Made by a program: the position numbers and the translations under genes
Source: Candidatus Marinacidobacterales bacterium
GTDB lineage: Bacteria > Acidobacteriota > Vicinamibacteria > Marinacidobacterales > SMYC01
Assembly: GCA_965224085.1 (NCBI GenBank)
Contig: CBDCYI010000005.1
Location: 2,176,001 to 2,240,000 of the forward strand
Length of the DNA stretch: 64,000 nt
Direction of reading: 5' to 3'
In this document: positions 22,555-33,777 of the stretch, in pieces
Position numbering within the stretch: the first letter of the stretch is position 1
Layout: the number at the start of each line of letters is the position of its first letter
The notes under the pieces: generated by a model
What the model saw: only the letters and a program-made list of their open reading frames with translations
What the model was told of the DNA's origin: nothing
The model's database searches: none

Positions 22555-23421
22555 GTGCATGGGGCTCGCGAGGTTCGTCTGTCGCCGCCCGCCGCCCGCC
22601 CTTTCGTAAAATGGGCCGGGGGCAAAGGCACGCTCGTCGGTGCGATCGCGGAGAGGATTCCAAAGGACCGGACGTACCGCCGCTATGTCGAGCCTTTCGT
22701 CGGCGCGGGTGCTATGTTCTTTTGGATACGCCGCAGCTTTCCCGACCTCCCGGCGACCATCGGCGACTCGAACGAAGAGCTCATCGTCGCCTATGAGGCG
22801 GTGCGAGACGACGTCGACAGTGTGATCAGTAAACTCGAGACCCACGCGCACCTCCATCGTGAAGAGCACTATTACGCCGTTCGCGCGAAAGTGCCGCACG
22901 GAGAGACGGAGCGCGCGGCGCGGTTCATCTACCTCAACCGCACTTGCTACAACGGTCTCTATCGCGTGAACCGGAAGGGGCAGTTCAACGTTCCGATGGG
23001 ACGCTACGACAAACCCAAAATACTCGACCGAGAGAATATTCTCGCGGTATCGACGGCGCTTAGAGACGTGGAGCTTCGTCGCGGGGACTTTGGTGCGCTC
23101 ACGGACGATTGTGGCGCGGGCGACCTCGTTTACCTCGACCCGCCTTACGTTCCATTATCGGAAACGAGCCAGTTCACGAGTTACACGCGGGATGGCTTCG
23201 GACGGCCCGAACAGGAACGGCTCGCAAAAACATTCGCGGCGGGGGTCGCGCGCGGCGCGTCGGTCATTCTCTCGAACAGCGACACGCCGCTCGTGCGGGA
23301 ACTCTACAGCGCGCTGGTGCCGAAACCTTCTTTCGATGCCGTGACAGTGCCGCGCTCGATCAATTCCAAGGCCGGCGGTCGCGGCCGCATCCGCGAGCTT
23401 CTGATTTATCACCATCCGTAG
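22555..23421 (+). CDS. Dam/D12-class DNA adenine methyltransferase, no cognate nuclease in window
   Basis: KWAGGK; EPFVGAG; NGLYRVN..G.FNVP.G; YLDPPY; SNS. Confidence 0.93.
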   Translation: MHGAREVRLSPPAARPFVKWAGGKGTLVGAIAERIPKDRTYRRYVEPFVGAGAMFFWIRRSFPDLPATIGDSNEELIVAYEAVRDDVDSVISKLETHAHLHREEHYYAVRAKVPHGETERAARFIYLNRTCYNGLYRVNRKGQFNVPMGRYDKPKILDRENILAVSTALRDVELRRGDFGALTDDCGAGDLVYLDPPYVPLSETSQFTSYTRDGFGRPEQERLAKTFAAGVARGASVILSNSDTPLVRELYSALVPKPSFDAVTVPRSINSKAGGRGRIRELLIYHHP

Positions 23422-23441
23422 CCATCTGTAGATAGCCGCGA

Positions 23442-23873
23442 TCAGCTACGGATCAACACTTTGGCGTTCCCGGCGATGACCGTTTCGCCGTTTCGTTGAA
23501 GGCGCAGCCACACGATATAGGTCCCCGGCTCACTGAACTGATGGCTCGCGCTGAAGCGTCGCTTGAGCTCCATTCCTTCTTCGAAAGGATCGCAATCGGG
23601 CGAGTATTCGGAGTCGGTGTCGTCGTCCCATTCCCAGACCTCGTCGAGGCAGTAATACTCCTCGAGATCCTCGACGTCGTCGAGATCCTTGAGCTCGGCC
23701 GATATACGGATCGTGACGCGAGGGCGCCTTCGGTCGTTTGGCATGCGGGGCCGCATGAACGTGGCCCGCGGCGCCTTCAGTTTGAGCTGCGGCCCATCCG
23801 CCCGCACCGACGTGCTCGAAGCGGACAGCGCCAGCAGCAGTGCGAGTAGCAGCAAACCGACGATTTCTCTCAT
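23442..23873 (-). CDS. Secreted hypothetical protein with PKD-like beta domain
   Basis: Signal peptide; WEWDD...HQFSEPGTY. Confidence 0.65.
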   Translation of the reverse strand: MREIVGLLLLALLLALSASSTSVRADGPQLKLKAPRATFMRPRMPNDRRRPRVTIRISAELKDLDDVEDLEEYYCLDEVWEWDDDTDSEYSPDCDPFEEGMELKRRFSASHQFSEPGTYIVWLRLQRNGETVIAGNAKVLIRS

Positions 23874-23880
23874 AGTGACC

Positions 23881-25923
23881 CTATCTTAGCACTCGCCTTT
23901 GGAGGGTAGAAACGACCTCGCTCACATCGTCCGTAGGGGCTTGGCAGCTATAGCTCTCGCAGACGTAGAAACGCGGAGCGTCCGGATTGGGACCTGCCGT
24001 TTTGCCTTCGAATAGCGGGATGTCGATCTCCGTGTCCCTCTCGGGGTCGGTGAGGGCGATGGACACGTTAGGTGCGTAAACACTCCAGAGGTCGCTGAGC
24101 GCCTCTTTCGTCGCGGTGGTCTCTCGCGGACCGGCTACGACAATCTCCCGCTTCTCTGAAAGATAGAAATCGACCGCCGCTAGCATTTGCGCGAAACCGG
24201 CCGGCGATCGCTCTAGCTGTGCTTGGAACGCGTGGAGGCTATTCACTGCGAGCAACTCGACGTCGCGCGCGCCCGTGTACTCCGCGAGCTTCAACAAGTA
24301 TGTGGCCGCGATACCGTTTCCGGAGGGGATCGCTCCGTCGAAGCCGGTTTTCGTGCGTGTGATGAGAGGTTCGTGATCGGAACCCGTGAAGTAAAAACCA
24401 CCTCGGTTCTCGTCGACGAAGAGCGTTTTCATCGCGTCCACCATCTGGCGCGCGCGCTCGAGCCACTCCGCGTCGAAGTCGCACTCGAAAAGCTCAACGT
24501 AGCCCGCGAGAAAAAACGCGTGGTCGTCGAGATAGGCCTTGTGTTGCGCTCGGCCGCTCCGATACGTTGCGAGAAGGCGATCGCCGTCATAGAGGGCCGA
24601 TTCAATGAAGCGGGCGGCGCGTCGGGCGGAATCGAGAAATCGATCGTCACCCAAGACGCGGTAGGCCCGCGCCATGGCTACGACCATGAGCCCGTTCCAG
24701 CTCGTGAGAATCTTGTCATCGAGGCCCGGATGCACACGCGCGTCCCGGCTCTTCAAGAGTTTCTGACGCGAAGACTCGAGGCTCTCATCGAAGGACTGGA
24801 GGCCACCCGAGAGATTCAAGATCGTCTTGCCTTCCCAATTCCCCGAAGGCGTCACGTCATAAGCCTTGGCGAAAGGCTCGAAAGCGTCCCCGAGGAGCGC
24901 CCGCAGCTCGGTGTGCGACCACACGTAGAACTTCCCCTCTTCACCTTCGCTGTCGGCGTCCTGGGTGCTGTAATACCCACCTTTGTCGCACTGCATCTCT
25001 CGCAGCACCCACTCGAGGGTCGCTCTCGCGACGCGAGCATAGGCTTCGCTGCCGGTGACGCGGTACGCGTCGAGGTAGACGGGTGCCAAGAGAGCATTGT
25101 CGTAGAGCATCTTCTCGAAATGCGGCACGAGCCAACGCTCGTCCGTCGAATAGCGGTGAAAGCCCCCACCCAGGTGATCGTACATGCCGCCCGCCGCCAT
25201 TTTGTCGAGCGTTAGCTCGACCATCGCGAGAACCTCGCCGTCCCCGCTTGTACTGTGGTGGCGGAGCAGAAGCGAAAGCCCGCCGTAAGGAGGAAATTTG
25301 GGCGCGGGAGAGAAGCCGCCATCGCGCGCATCGAAGCGGGTGCCGAGCTCGCGAGCAGCGAGGCTTACCACATTACGAGTCAGGATCACGGACGTTTTCG
25401 GCGTGGACGAGAGCACTTGCAGCCGCCGCGTTAACGCATCCGACGTTTGTTGTATCTTGTTCCGCTCCTCTGCGAAGACCCGCGCGAGCTCGGTCAACAC
25501 CGTCTTGAAGCCGGGGCGCCCGAAGCGGTCATCGGGCGGAAAATAGGTGCCGCCATAGAAGGGCTTGAGCGCCGGTGTGAGAAACACCGTCAACGGCCAG
25601 CCGCCCGAGCCCGTCATCATTTGAACGGCGTTCATATAAATTTCGTCGATGTCGGGCCGCTCTTCGCGATCGACCTTGATGGAGACGAAGTGCTCGTTCA
25701 AAAGCGCAGCGATCTCCTCGCTCTCGAACGATTCGCGCTCCATCACATGACACCAGTGGCAGGCGGAATAGCCGACAGAGAGCATGAGAGGTTTGTCGTC
25801 GTTGCGCGCCTTTTGGAGCGCTTCTTCTCCCCACGGATACCACGCGACGGGGTTTCTAGCGTGCTGGAGAAGATAGGGGCTCGTCTCGTCGATCAGCCGG
25901 TTCGTTTTACCCGACGCGCTCAC
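23881..25923 (-). CDS. yyaL: YyaL/SPATA20 thioredoxin-domain protein (DUF255)
   Basis: [17 protein letters not shown]; [10 protein letters not shown]; [11 protein letters not shown]. Confidence 0.95.
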   Translation of the reverse strand: MSASGKTNRLIDETSPYLLQHARNPVAWYPWGEEALQKARNDDKPLMLSVGYSACHWCHVMERESFESEEIAALLNEHFVSIKVDREERPDIDEIYMNAVQMMTGSGGWPLTVFLTPALKPFYGGTYFPPDDRFGRPGFKTVLTELARVFAEERNKIQQTSDALTRRLQVLSSTPKTSVILTRNVVSLAARELGTRFDARDGGFSPAPKFPPYGGLSLLLRHHSTSGDGEVLAMVELTLDKMAAGGMYDHLGGGFHRYSTDERWLVPHFEKMLYDNALLAPVYLDAYRVTGSEAYARVARATLEWVLREMQCDKGGYYSTQDADSEGEEGKFYVWSHTELRALLGDAFEPFAKAYDVTPSGNWEGKTILNLSGGLQSFDESLESSRQKLLKSRDARVHPGLDDKILTSWNGLMVVAMARAYRVLGDDRFLDSARRAARFIESALYDGDRLLATYRSGRAQHKAYLDDHAFFLAGYVELFECDFDAEWLERARQMVDAMKTLFVDENRGGFYFTGSDHEPLITRTKTGFDGAIPSGNGIAATYLLKLAEYTGARDVELLAVNSLHAFQAQLERSPAGFAQMLAAVDFYLSEKREIVVAGPRETTATKEALSDLWSVYAPNVSIALTDPERDTEIDIPLFEGKTAGPNPDAPRFYVCESYSCQAPTDDVSEVVSTLQRRVLR

Positions 25924-26960
25924 TCGTCACCGTTTTTGAGCCCGCCCCAGCGGAAGAGCGACGCTCCAGCGGTAAAACCGGCGCCCACGGAGCTGAAGAG
26001 GATAACGTCACCTTTGTCGAGGCGCTGTTCTTCGATCGCGTCGTAGAGCGCGAGCGGTATCGTCGCGCCGGTGGTGTTGCCAAACTTGTGGATGTTCTTG
26101 ACGACTTTCTCCGCGGGAAGTCCAAGCCGCTCCGCGGTCGCGTCTAAGATACGGACATTCGCTTGATGTGCGATCAGAAGCTTCACGTCGGCTGGCGTCA
26201 TGTCGTAGCGGTCGAGAAGTGTCGTGGTCGTCTCGTAGGTGCGTCGCACGGCATATTTAAAGACCTGTCGGCCTTCCTGGTGGACGTAGTGCATCCCTTT
26301 TTGCACGGTCTCATCCGAGGCGGGATGCTGGCTGCCGCCGCCCGGCATGTGGAGAAACTGCCCACCACGTCCCTCGATTTTGTGCTCGAAGCCGATCAAG
26401 CCGGCGTCGCCGTCGGAGGCTTCGAGGAGCACCGCCCCTGCGCCGTCGCCGAAGATGACGCATGTGGCGCGGTCCTGATAATTGACGATGCTGCTCATGA
26501 TGTCCGCGCCGATGACCAGCACGCGCTCGTGCATCCCGCTCGCGATGAATTGCGAGCCGACCGAGAGCGAATAAACGAATCCGCAGCAAGCCGCGGAGAG
26601 ATCGAATCCCCACGCGCGCGAGGCGCCAATCTTGTCTTGAACGAGACAAGCGGTGGCGGGGAACATCATGTCCGGCGTCACCGTTCCGACGATGATGAGA
26701 TCGACATCGTCGGCGGAGAGGCCTCGGCGATCGAGCGCTTCCTGGGCCGCTTTGGACGCGAGCTCTGAGGTGCCCGTACCCTTTTCGGCGATATGTCGCT
26801 CACGAATCCCGGTACGACCATGGATCCACTCATCCGAAGTCTCGACCATCTCGGCGAGGTCCTGATTGCTGAGCACTTTCTCGGGAAGATAGCGCCCAAC
26901 GGACGTGATAGTGGCACGGCGTTGCGTCATGACAGGATGGTCTCCGTTCGCGGCTGACAT
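25920..26960 (-). CDS. fabH: 3-oxoacyl-ACP synthase III
   Basis: ETSDEWI..RTGI; AACCGF; FGDGAGA; HQAN; GNT. Confidence 0.95.
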   Translation of the reverse strand: MSAANGDHPVMTQRRATITSVGRYLPEKVLSNQDLAEMVETSDEWIHGRTGIRERHIAEKGTGTSELASKAAQEALDRRGLSADDVDLIIVGTVTPDMMFPATACLVQDKIGASRAWGFDLSAACCGFVYSLSVGSQFIASGMHERVLVIGADIMSSIVNYQDRATCVIFGDGAGAVLLEASDGDAGLIGFEHKIEGRGGQFLHMPGGGSQHPASDETVQKGMHYVHQEGRQVFKYAVRRTYETTTTLLDRYDMTPADVKLLIAHQANVRILDATAERLGLPAEKVVKNIHKFGNTTGATIPLALYDAIEEQRLDKGDVILFSSVGAGFTAGASLFRWGGLKNGDE

Positions 26961-27129
26961 AATCCCCCAATCCTACGTCGGAGCCAAGTTCCGGTCAATC
27001 CCTAGACGTAGCTATGATTTACGAGCGGCAAACGTGCCGTCCGGCCCCCCGGCTTGAGCGATGGACTCCAAAAGCGTAATATCTGGGGTTGCACGACTAA
27101 CTGCTTGAGAGCAGTAGGGATAAACCATT

Positions 27130-27792
27130 TTGGCGGCAGCGGCTTTTTACGATCTCGATGGCACTTTGGTGAGCACGAACCTCGTACACGTGTTCGCCTT
27201 CTATGCGCGCAACGATCAAGGAATTCTCAAGAGCTTAAAGCGCTCCGCGGCGACGATTGCCGGGCTGCCGATCTTCATCGTTGCCGATGCTTATAGCCGC
27301 AAAGTCTTCAACGACATCTTTTTCAAGTGGTACAAGGGCCAATCTGAAGATCGGCTTCGCTATCTCGCGGAGCACCTTTTCGAGGAAGTCATCGGTCCGG
27401 CGGTCTATCCAGGAACGCTTCCGCTGCTCGAGAAATCGCGAAGAACGGGGCTGCGCCAAGTGATCGTGACCGGCGCCCTCGACATCACGATCCAGCCGCT
27501 CCTGCGATATCTCGGCATTACCGAATATGTCGCCAACCGCCTCGAGTTCGTGGACGGCCACGCCACGGGCCGGCTGAAACCGCCCATTATGGCGAGCGCT
27601 ACCAAAGCGTCCTGGATTCGCACCTATTCGGAGAAAGAGGGCTTGTCGCTCAGCGACTGTTTCGCCTATGCGGACAGCATGAGCGATCTTCCGATGCTTT
27701 CCGTTGTCGGGCATCCGACCGCGACCAACCCGGACATGCGGCTCCGGAGCACCGCCCTTCGCCACGACTGGCCCATCGTGCGTTTGCACTAA
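27130..27792 (+). CDS. elbB: HAD-IB phosphatase (ElbB-like)
   Basis: AFYDLDGTL; VTG; K; YADSMSDLPML; first gene of an elb-like cluster (symbol by synteny). Confidence 0.8.
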   Translation: MAAAAFYDLDGTLVSTNLVHVFAFYARNDQGILKSLKRSAATIAGLPIFIVADAYSRKVFNDIFFKWYKGQSEDRLRYLAEHLFEEVIGPAVYPGTLPLLEKSRRTGLRQVIVTGALDITIQPLLRYLGITEYVANRLEFVDGHATGRLKPPIMASATKASWIRTYSEKEGLSLSDCFAYADSMSDLPMLSVVGHPTATNPDMRLRSTALRHDWPIVRLH

Positions 27793-27813
27793 TCAAATCA
27801 TGAAAGGCACCGA

Positions 27814-29412
27814 ATGAGTCCCGTTTTGCGGCGGAAGCTCGACCCGGGAACGGTTTACATCGACACCGACTCCGCGCCGCGCTTGATTCACTACGGCGAG
27901 GATTTTTGGGAAGAGGACCTTCCCGTTGGCGCACGCGTCATTTATCCAAAGCCTCCGATTCAGGGACTTCCAAACCCTCGCGGCGCGATCCGGCACGCGG
28001 TAAACCACCCCCACGGTTGCGATCCGCTCCACGCGCAACTCAGCCCGGGGATGAAAGTCACCATCGCCGTCGACGACATCAGTTTGCCGCTACCCCCGAT
28101 GATCACACCGGACACGCGGCAGACGGCGCTCGAAGTCGTTCTCGAGTTGCTCGAGGATCACGGGGTCGACGACGTCCACATCATCGTTGCGAACTCGCTC
28201 CACCGGAAGATGACGGAGCCGGAGATGCGCCGCATGGTGGGCGCCGGAATCCACGACGCGTTTCATCCGGACCGCTACTACTGTCACGACGCAGAAGAGC
28301 CGGACGGTATCGTCTATCTCGGAAAGACCGACCGCAGCGAGCACGTGCGCATCAACCGGCGCGCGGTCGAGAGCGATCTCGTCATCTACATCAACATCAA
28401 CCTCGTTCCGATGGATGGCGGCCACAAATCAGTGACAGTCGGCCTTTGCGACTATCGCAGCTTGACCTACCATCACGATCCTCAGACCATCCGCGACTCG
28501 CATGGCTATATGGACCCGCCGGCGTCGGAGCTGAACCACAAATGCGTACGCATGGGCGCTATCGTCGACGAGCACATGAACGTTTTTCACATCGAGACCG
28601 TGCTCAACAACCGGATGTATCACGACCAGCTCGACTTTCTCGGCAAGAACGAGGATGACTTCAGCGAGCTCGACCGGATGAAGCTCCGCGCCACGCGATG
28701 GTCGACAGGGAAGATGCCACGTGCGGCGAAGCGGGCGTTTTTTCACAACCTCCCGGCGCCATACGAGCTCATCGCCTGCTACGCAGGCAAGACCGATCCG
28801 GTGCACGAAAAGACGCTCGAGCGTTGCTTCGACCAATATGCCGTCAAGGTCAACGGCCAGTGCGATATTCTGATCGTCGGCGTTCCCTACATCTCGCCGT
28901 ACAATGTGAACTCGGTTCTCAACCCGCTCCTCGTTCAAGTCATGGGCCCGGGCTATTTCTTCAATCTTTTCCGCGGCAAACCCCTCTTGCGCAAAGGTGG
29001 CGTTCTGATTCTTTGCCATCCCTGCTACGACGAGTTCGACGCGGAGTTCCACCCGAGCTATATCGAGTTCTTCCACCGGCTGCTTCCCGAGACGAACGAC
29101 GCCTTTACGCTCCGCGAGAAATATGAAGAAGAGTTCGCGACCAACCCGAGCTACATACAGATGTATCGTCAAGGGAACGCCTACCACGGCGCACATCCAT
29201 TCTTCATGTGGTATTGGGGCGAGAACGGACGCCAGCACGTGAGCAAGATCATCGCCGCGGGTGCGGAGAATCAGCACGTGCCCGAGCTTCTCGGCTGGGA
29301 TCGTGCGGAGACCCTCGCCGAAGCGATCGCGAATGCGCGCAGCCATATGGGCCGCTCTGCCGAGATCACGATGCTCCATCTTCCGCCCATCATTATCCCC
29401 GAGGTCGAATAG
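27814..29412 (+). CDS. elbC: LarA-like / DUF2088 domain protein (ElbC-like)
   Basis: VTIAVDDIS; ANSLHRKM; CHDA; GGHKS; LLRKGGVLI (symbol by synteny). Confidence 0.75.
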   Translation: MSPVLRRKLDPGTVYIDTDSAPRLIHYGEDFWEEDLPVGARVIYPKPPIQGLPNPRGAIRHAVNHPHGCDPLHAQLSPGMKVTIAVDDISLPLPPMITPDTRQTALEVVLELLEDHGVDDVHIIVANSLHRKMTEPEMRRMVGAGIHDAFHPDRYYCHDAEEPDGIVYLGKTDRSEHVRINRRAVESDLVIYININLVPMDGGHKSVTVGLCDYRSLTYHHDPQTIRDSHGYMDPPASELNHKCVRMGAIVDEHMNVFHIETVLNNRMYHDQLDFLGKNEDDFSELDRMKLRATRWSTGKMPRAAKRAFFHNLPAPYELIACYAGKTDPVHEKTLERCFDQYAVKVNGQCDILIVGVPYISPYNVNSVLNPLLVQVMGPGYFFNLFRGKPLLRKGGVLILCHPCYDEFDAEFHPSYIEFFHRLLPETNDAFTLREKYEEEFATNPSYIQMYRQGNAYHGAHPFFMWYWGENGRQHVSKIIAAGAENQHVPELLGWDRAETLAEAIANARSHMGRSAEITMLHLPPIIIPEVE

Positions 29413-29415
29413 AAC

Positions 29416-32400
29416 GTGAGCGAGAACGAGATCGATCTCGAGAAGACGTTCGACGGGCGACGAATTTTTCTACTCGGCGGCACCGGTTTTCTCGGAAAAG
29501 TGTGCCTGAGCATGCTTCTCGATCGCTTCGAGAACATCGGCCGCGTCTACATGATGGTGCGGGCGAGCACCGAGGAAGAGAGCGAGCTTCGTTTCTGGGA
29601 CACGGTGGTGGCGTCGCCAGCACTCGACCCGCTGAGGACGCGTCACGGGAAGAACCTCGAAAACGTCCTGCGCCAGAAAATCGTCGTCGTCGGCGGGGAC
29701 ATCACCCACGAGCATCTCGGCCTCGGCGCGGACCGCGCGCGAGAGATCGCCGAGGACATCGACGTGCTGCTCAACTCGTCGGGGCGCGTCACCTTCAATC
29801 CGCCGCTCGACGCCGCGCTCAAGACGAACGTCAACGGCACGCTGAACACCATCGCGTTCGCGAAACAGATGAAGCGTCCCGCGCTCTTGCACGTGAGCAC
29901 GTGTTTCGTCGCCGGCAACCGCTCGGGCGAAATCTGGGAGAACGAGCCGCTCATCGGCTACTTCCCGCGCCGAACCGAAGAAGAGTCCGAGTTCAGCGTC
30001 GACAAAGAGATCGACGATTGCGAGCGTCTCGCCGCCCGGGTCAAGGACGAGGCGCGCGACAAATCACTCGCCGATCGATTCCGGGAGAACGCCCGCAAGC
30101 GTTTCCTCGAGGAAGGCCGCGATCCGGGAGACGAGCGCGCGATGAATCTCGCCATTGCCCGGGAGCGCAAGAACTGGATCCGCTCGCGCCTTACCGACCT
30201 CGGTATCGCCAAGGCACAAGACTGGGGTTGGCCAAACATATACACCTATACGAAGAGCCTCGGCGAGCAGCTCGTCGCCGCCGAAGAGGGTATGGCCCGC
30301 GCCATCGTGCGGCCCGCGATCGTGGAGAGCGCTCTCAAGTTTCCTTTCCCGGGATGGAACGAAGGCTTCACGACCACGGCGCCGCTCGTGCGGATGGCCA
30401 TGCGCGGGCAGAATCTGTTTCCGGTGAACACGAACGTGATTCTCGACGTCATCCCTGTCGACATGGTCGCTTCGGCCGTCTTGGCCATCGCGGCGCAGAC
30501 GATGGTGGAAGAGCCCGCTCTCGTGTACCAAGTGTCCTCGGGCGACACCAACCCGTCTCGTCTCGGTCGTCTGGTCGATCTGCTGGGCCTTTTCAAGCGT
30601 CGGTACTTCAAAGAGAAGACCTCGGGCGGCCGGATCATGAATGACATCGCGGCGCGGATGGAAGCGCAAGCGGTCAAGCCGGACGGTTTTGAAAAATACT
30701 CGATGCCGCTTCTCCACAAAGCGACGAAGCAGCTGTCGAAAACGCTCGGCAAAGTCTCGGCGCGGCAAGTGGGGTCGCTCGCGCCTCTCTTCGAGCAAGC
30801 GAAAGACGCGGTGGAGCGTTTCGAGTCCTTCACCAAAGAAAGCGAGGAGCATTACCACACGTTCCGTCCCTTCATCGTCGACAACAACTACGTCTTTCGC
30901 ACCGACAACACACAGGCACTCTTCGGGCGCCTCGAGCAGGACGGCCGCAAGCTCGTTTTCGATCCTAAAGCGATTGACTGGTACGACTACTGGCTGAACG
31001 TTCATCTACCGGGCCTTCAGAAGTGGGTCTTCCCGCGCTTCGATGAGGATGAAAAACCCAAACCGAAACGGGTCTATACGTACAAGAACCTCATTGAGCT
31101 CTTCGACGCGTGCACGAGGAACCATCGAGGCCGCGTCGCGATGCGCATGGAGCGAAACGGCCGCGAAGAGCGCTATACGTACGGAGATTTCCGCGAATGC
31201 GCGTTGCGGGCCGCCGCTTTTCTCCAAGGCAAAGGCGTCAAAGACGGCGACCGCATAGCACTTTTGTCGGAGAACGAACCCGAGTGGGGCATGACCTATT
31301 TCGCCATCGTGCGCACGGGTGCCGCTGCTATACCCCTCGAAAAAGACGTCACGACCGAAGAGATCGTTCGCCTCATCGGCCACGGGGAAGCGCGCGCCAT
31401 CGCCATCAGCCCTGAGCACCTCGCGAGACATCCGAAGCTCGGGGACGCGCTCGATAAAGGGGTGGACCTTTGGACCTTCGACGAGATCTACGCGCTCACT
31501 CCGGAAGCCACCGAGCAAAAAAGAGTCGCGGGACTCCCCACAACGATGAGCGCGGGCTCCACGGCCTCCATTATCTTCACGTCGGGCACAACCGGACATC
31601 CGAAAGGCGTGATCCTCACGCACCGGAACTTCACGAGTCTCCTCGCGAAGCTTCTCTCCGTCTACGACCTCACCCATGAAGACGGCATGTTGAGCGTTCT
31701 GCCGCTCCATCACTCGTTCGAGTTCACGACGGGGTTTCTTCTGCCGCTCAGTCGTGGCGCGCAGATCACCTATTTGAGCGAAGTCACGGGTGAGAGCGTC
31801 AACCGCGAGCTTCGCCGCGGTCACGTGAGCTGCATCGTCGGCGTCCCCGCCCTATGGGACCTCTTGAAACGGCGCATCTTGAGCCGCTTCTCGGACAAGT
31901 CGGAACGCCTCGAAGAGATCGTGAGCGCCGCCATCGACGCGAACTATTTGCTGCGCGAAGAGACGCCGCTCAACCTAGGGCCCCTGCTGTTTTTGCCAAT
32001 CCATGCCGCCTTTGGAGGCCGGATCCGTTACCTTATCAGCGGCGCCTCAGCGCTCTCGGAATCGACCCTCAAGACTTTTCGAGGTCTCGGCTTCAACTTG
32101 AACGAAGGCTATGGCCTCACCGAAGCCTCCCCCGTTCTTACGGTGACGCGTCCCGAGGAAGCTATCGTCTCCGGAAGTGTCGGCCAGCCGCTTCCGGGTA
32201 TCGAGATCAAGATCCATGAGCCCGATCGCCGCGGTGTGGGCGAAGTCACCGCGCGGGGGCCCAACGTCACGGCGGGCTATTACGGAAACGAGAAAGCGAC
32301 CCAAGAAGCGCTCCGCGACGGCTGGCTCTTCACCGGCGACCTCGGGCGTCTCGACGAAAAGGGGAACCTCTTCATCGTAGGCCGCTCGAAAGAGGTGATC

Positions 32401-33777
32401 GTCGACAAAAACGGCAAGAATGTCTATCCCGACGAGCTCGAAGAGCTTTATGCTGACGAGAGCCTTATCAAAGAACTCGCCGTCATTGGCCTTCCCGACG
32501 GCACCGGCGAGCGTGTCGCCGCGGTCGTCGTGCCCGAAAAAGACTCGGAGATCGACGATATCGAGAAGAAGATCGAGGACCATTTTCACGCAGTGTCCGA
32601 GCGGCTTCCGCTCTATAAACGCGTGAAGCTCTACGAAGTGCGCGCGAAAGAGCTCCCGCGAACAGCGACGCGCAAGGTCAAACGGCGCGAGCTCGTCAGG
32701 TGGCTTCAGGAGAAGCGCGAGCTCGAGACGCGCACGGGGTCCGTTTCCGACGCCGAAAAAGAGTGGCTCCTGGACGTCGTGGCGCGCGTGGCAGAAAAAC
32801 CGCGCGACACCGTCCATCTCGACGCAAGCCTCGGCGAGCTCGGCTATGACAGCCTCATGTATAGCGAGCTAGCGGGGGCCATCGAATCGCGCACCGGAGA
32901 GAGCCTGACAGCCGAGGCGTTGATGTCGCTCTCCGGCATCCGGGAGCTCGCCGACAGCCTGAGGAGCCGCCCGAAAGGGCGCGCGCGCGCCAAAAAAGCC
33001 AACAAAGAAGAAGTCGAGAAGGTCGAGCTCCCGCCCACCCTTCAAGAGCTCGGCCGCAAGGGGCTCGCTGCCGTGCAGCATTGGTTCTACCACAACGCGC
33101 TCAACCCCGAGTTCAAGGGGCGAGCGAACATTCCCGACCACACACACTTTGTCGTCGTCGCCAATCATGCGTCGCATCTCGATATGGGTCTCGTGAAGAT
33201 GGCGCTCGGCCAAGCGGGCAAGAACCTCGTGGCGCTCGCGGCCGCGGATTACTTCTTCGACAACAAGGTCAAGCGCACCATCTTCGAGAACTTCACGAAC
33301 CTCGTTCCGATGGAGCGGAAAGGATCGCTCCGGAAATCGTTCGAGTGGGCGCTCCATCTTCTTGAGCAGGGCTATAACGTGCTCATCTTCCCGGAAGGTA
33401 CGCGCTCGCGAACGGGTGTGATGCAACCGTTCCAGCGCGGGATCGGGCACCTCGTGTTGCGTGCCAAGGTCGGGATTTTGCCGGTCCATCTGTGGACGCA
33501 TGGCGCGCTCCCGCCGGGTACGTGGTACCCCCAAACGCGTGACGTAAGCGCGAGCATCGGGCCGTTTCTCTCTTACGACACTCTTGTGCGGGTATCGGAG
33601 GGGCTGCCGCGCTCCCTCGCGGAGCGCGCGGTCGCAGCACTCGTCCAACGGGTCGTGGAGCACCAACGCGACGCCACGCAAGTCGACCTCGACGCGGAGG
33701 TCGACAAAGCGCGGACCCGATTCTCTGCGGAGCGCAAAGCGAAGCAACCCGTCACCGTCGGAAAAGCAGATGACTAA
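29416..33777 (+). CDS. elbD: Multifunctional acyl reductase / acyl-AMP ligase / ACP / acyltransferase (ElbD-like)
   Basis: GGTGFLGK and YTYTK (FAR-type SDR); FTSGTTGHPKG, GYGLTE, TGD (adenylation); LGYDSL (ACP Ser); NHASHLD and FPEGTRS (PlsC). Confidence 0.9.
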   Translation: MSENEIDLEKTFDGRRIFLLGGTGFLGKVCLSMLLDRFENIGRVYMMVRASTEEESELRFWDTVVASPALDPLRTRHGKNLENVLRQKIVVVGGDITHEHLGLGADRAREIAEDIDVLLNSSGRVTFNPPLDAALKTNVNGTLNTIAFAKQMKRPALLHVSTCFVAGNRSGEIWENEPLIGYFPRRTEEESEFSVDKEIDDCERLAARVKDEARDKSLADRFRENARKRFLEEGRDPGDERAMNLAIARERKNWIRSRLTDLGIAKAQDWGWPNIYTYTKSLGEQLVAAEEGMARAIVRPAIVESALKFPFPGWNEGFTTTAPLVRMAMRGQNLFPVNTNVILDVIPVDMVASAVLAIAAQTMVEEPALVYQVSSGDTNPSRLGRLVDLLGLFKRRYFKEKTSGGRIMNDIAARMEAQAVKPDGFEKYSMPLLHKATKQLSKTLGKVSARQVGSLAPLFEQAKDAVERFESFTKESEEHYHTFRPFIVDNNYVFRTDNTQALFGRLEQDGRKLVFDPKAIDWYDYWLNVHLPGLQKWVFPRFDEDEKPKPKRVYTYKNLIELFDACTRNHRGRVAMRMERNGREERYTYGDFRECALRAAAFLQGKGVKDGDRIALLSENEPEWGMTYFAIVRTGAAAIPLEKDVTTEEIVRLIGHGEARAIAISPEHLARHPKLGDALDKGVDLWTFDEIYALTPEATEQKRVAGLPTTMSAGSTASIIFTSGTTGHPKGVILTHRNFTSLLAKLLSVYDLTHEDGMLSVLPLHHSFEFTTGFLLPLSRGAQITYLSEVTGESVNRELRRGHVSCIVGVPALWDLLKRRILSRFSDKSERLEEIVSAAIDANYLLREETPLNLGPLLFLPIHAAFGGRIRYLISGASALSESTLKTFRGLGFNLNEGYGLTEASPVLTVTRPEEAIVSGSVGQPLPGIEIKIHEPDRRGVGEVTARGPNVTAGYYGNEKATQEALRDGWLFTGDLGRLDEKGNLFIVGRSKEVIVDKNGKNVYPDELEELYADESLIKELAVIGLPDGTGERVAAVVVPEKDSEIDDIEKKIEDHFHAVSERLPLYKRVKLYEVRAKELPRTATRKVKRRELVRWLQEKRELETRTGSVSDAEKEWLLDVVARVAEKPRDTVHLDASLGELGYDSLMYSELAGAIESRTGESLTAEALMSLSGIRELADSLRSRPKGRARAKKANKEEVEKVELPPTLQELGRKGLAAVQHWFYHNALNPEFKGRANIPDHTHFVVVANHASHLDMGLVKMALGQAGKNLVALAAADYFFDNKVKRTIFENFTNLVPMERKGSLRKSFEWALHLLEQGYNVLIFPEGTRSRTGVMQPFQRGIGHLVLRAKVGILPVHLWTHGALPPGTWYPQTRDVSASIGPFLSYDTLVRVSEGLPRSLAERAVAALVQRVVEHQRDATQVDLDAEVDKARTRFSAERKAKQPVTVGKADD

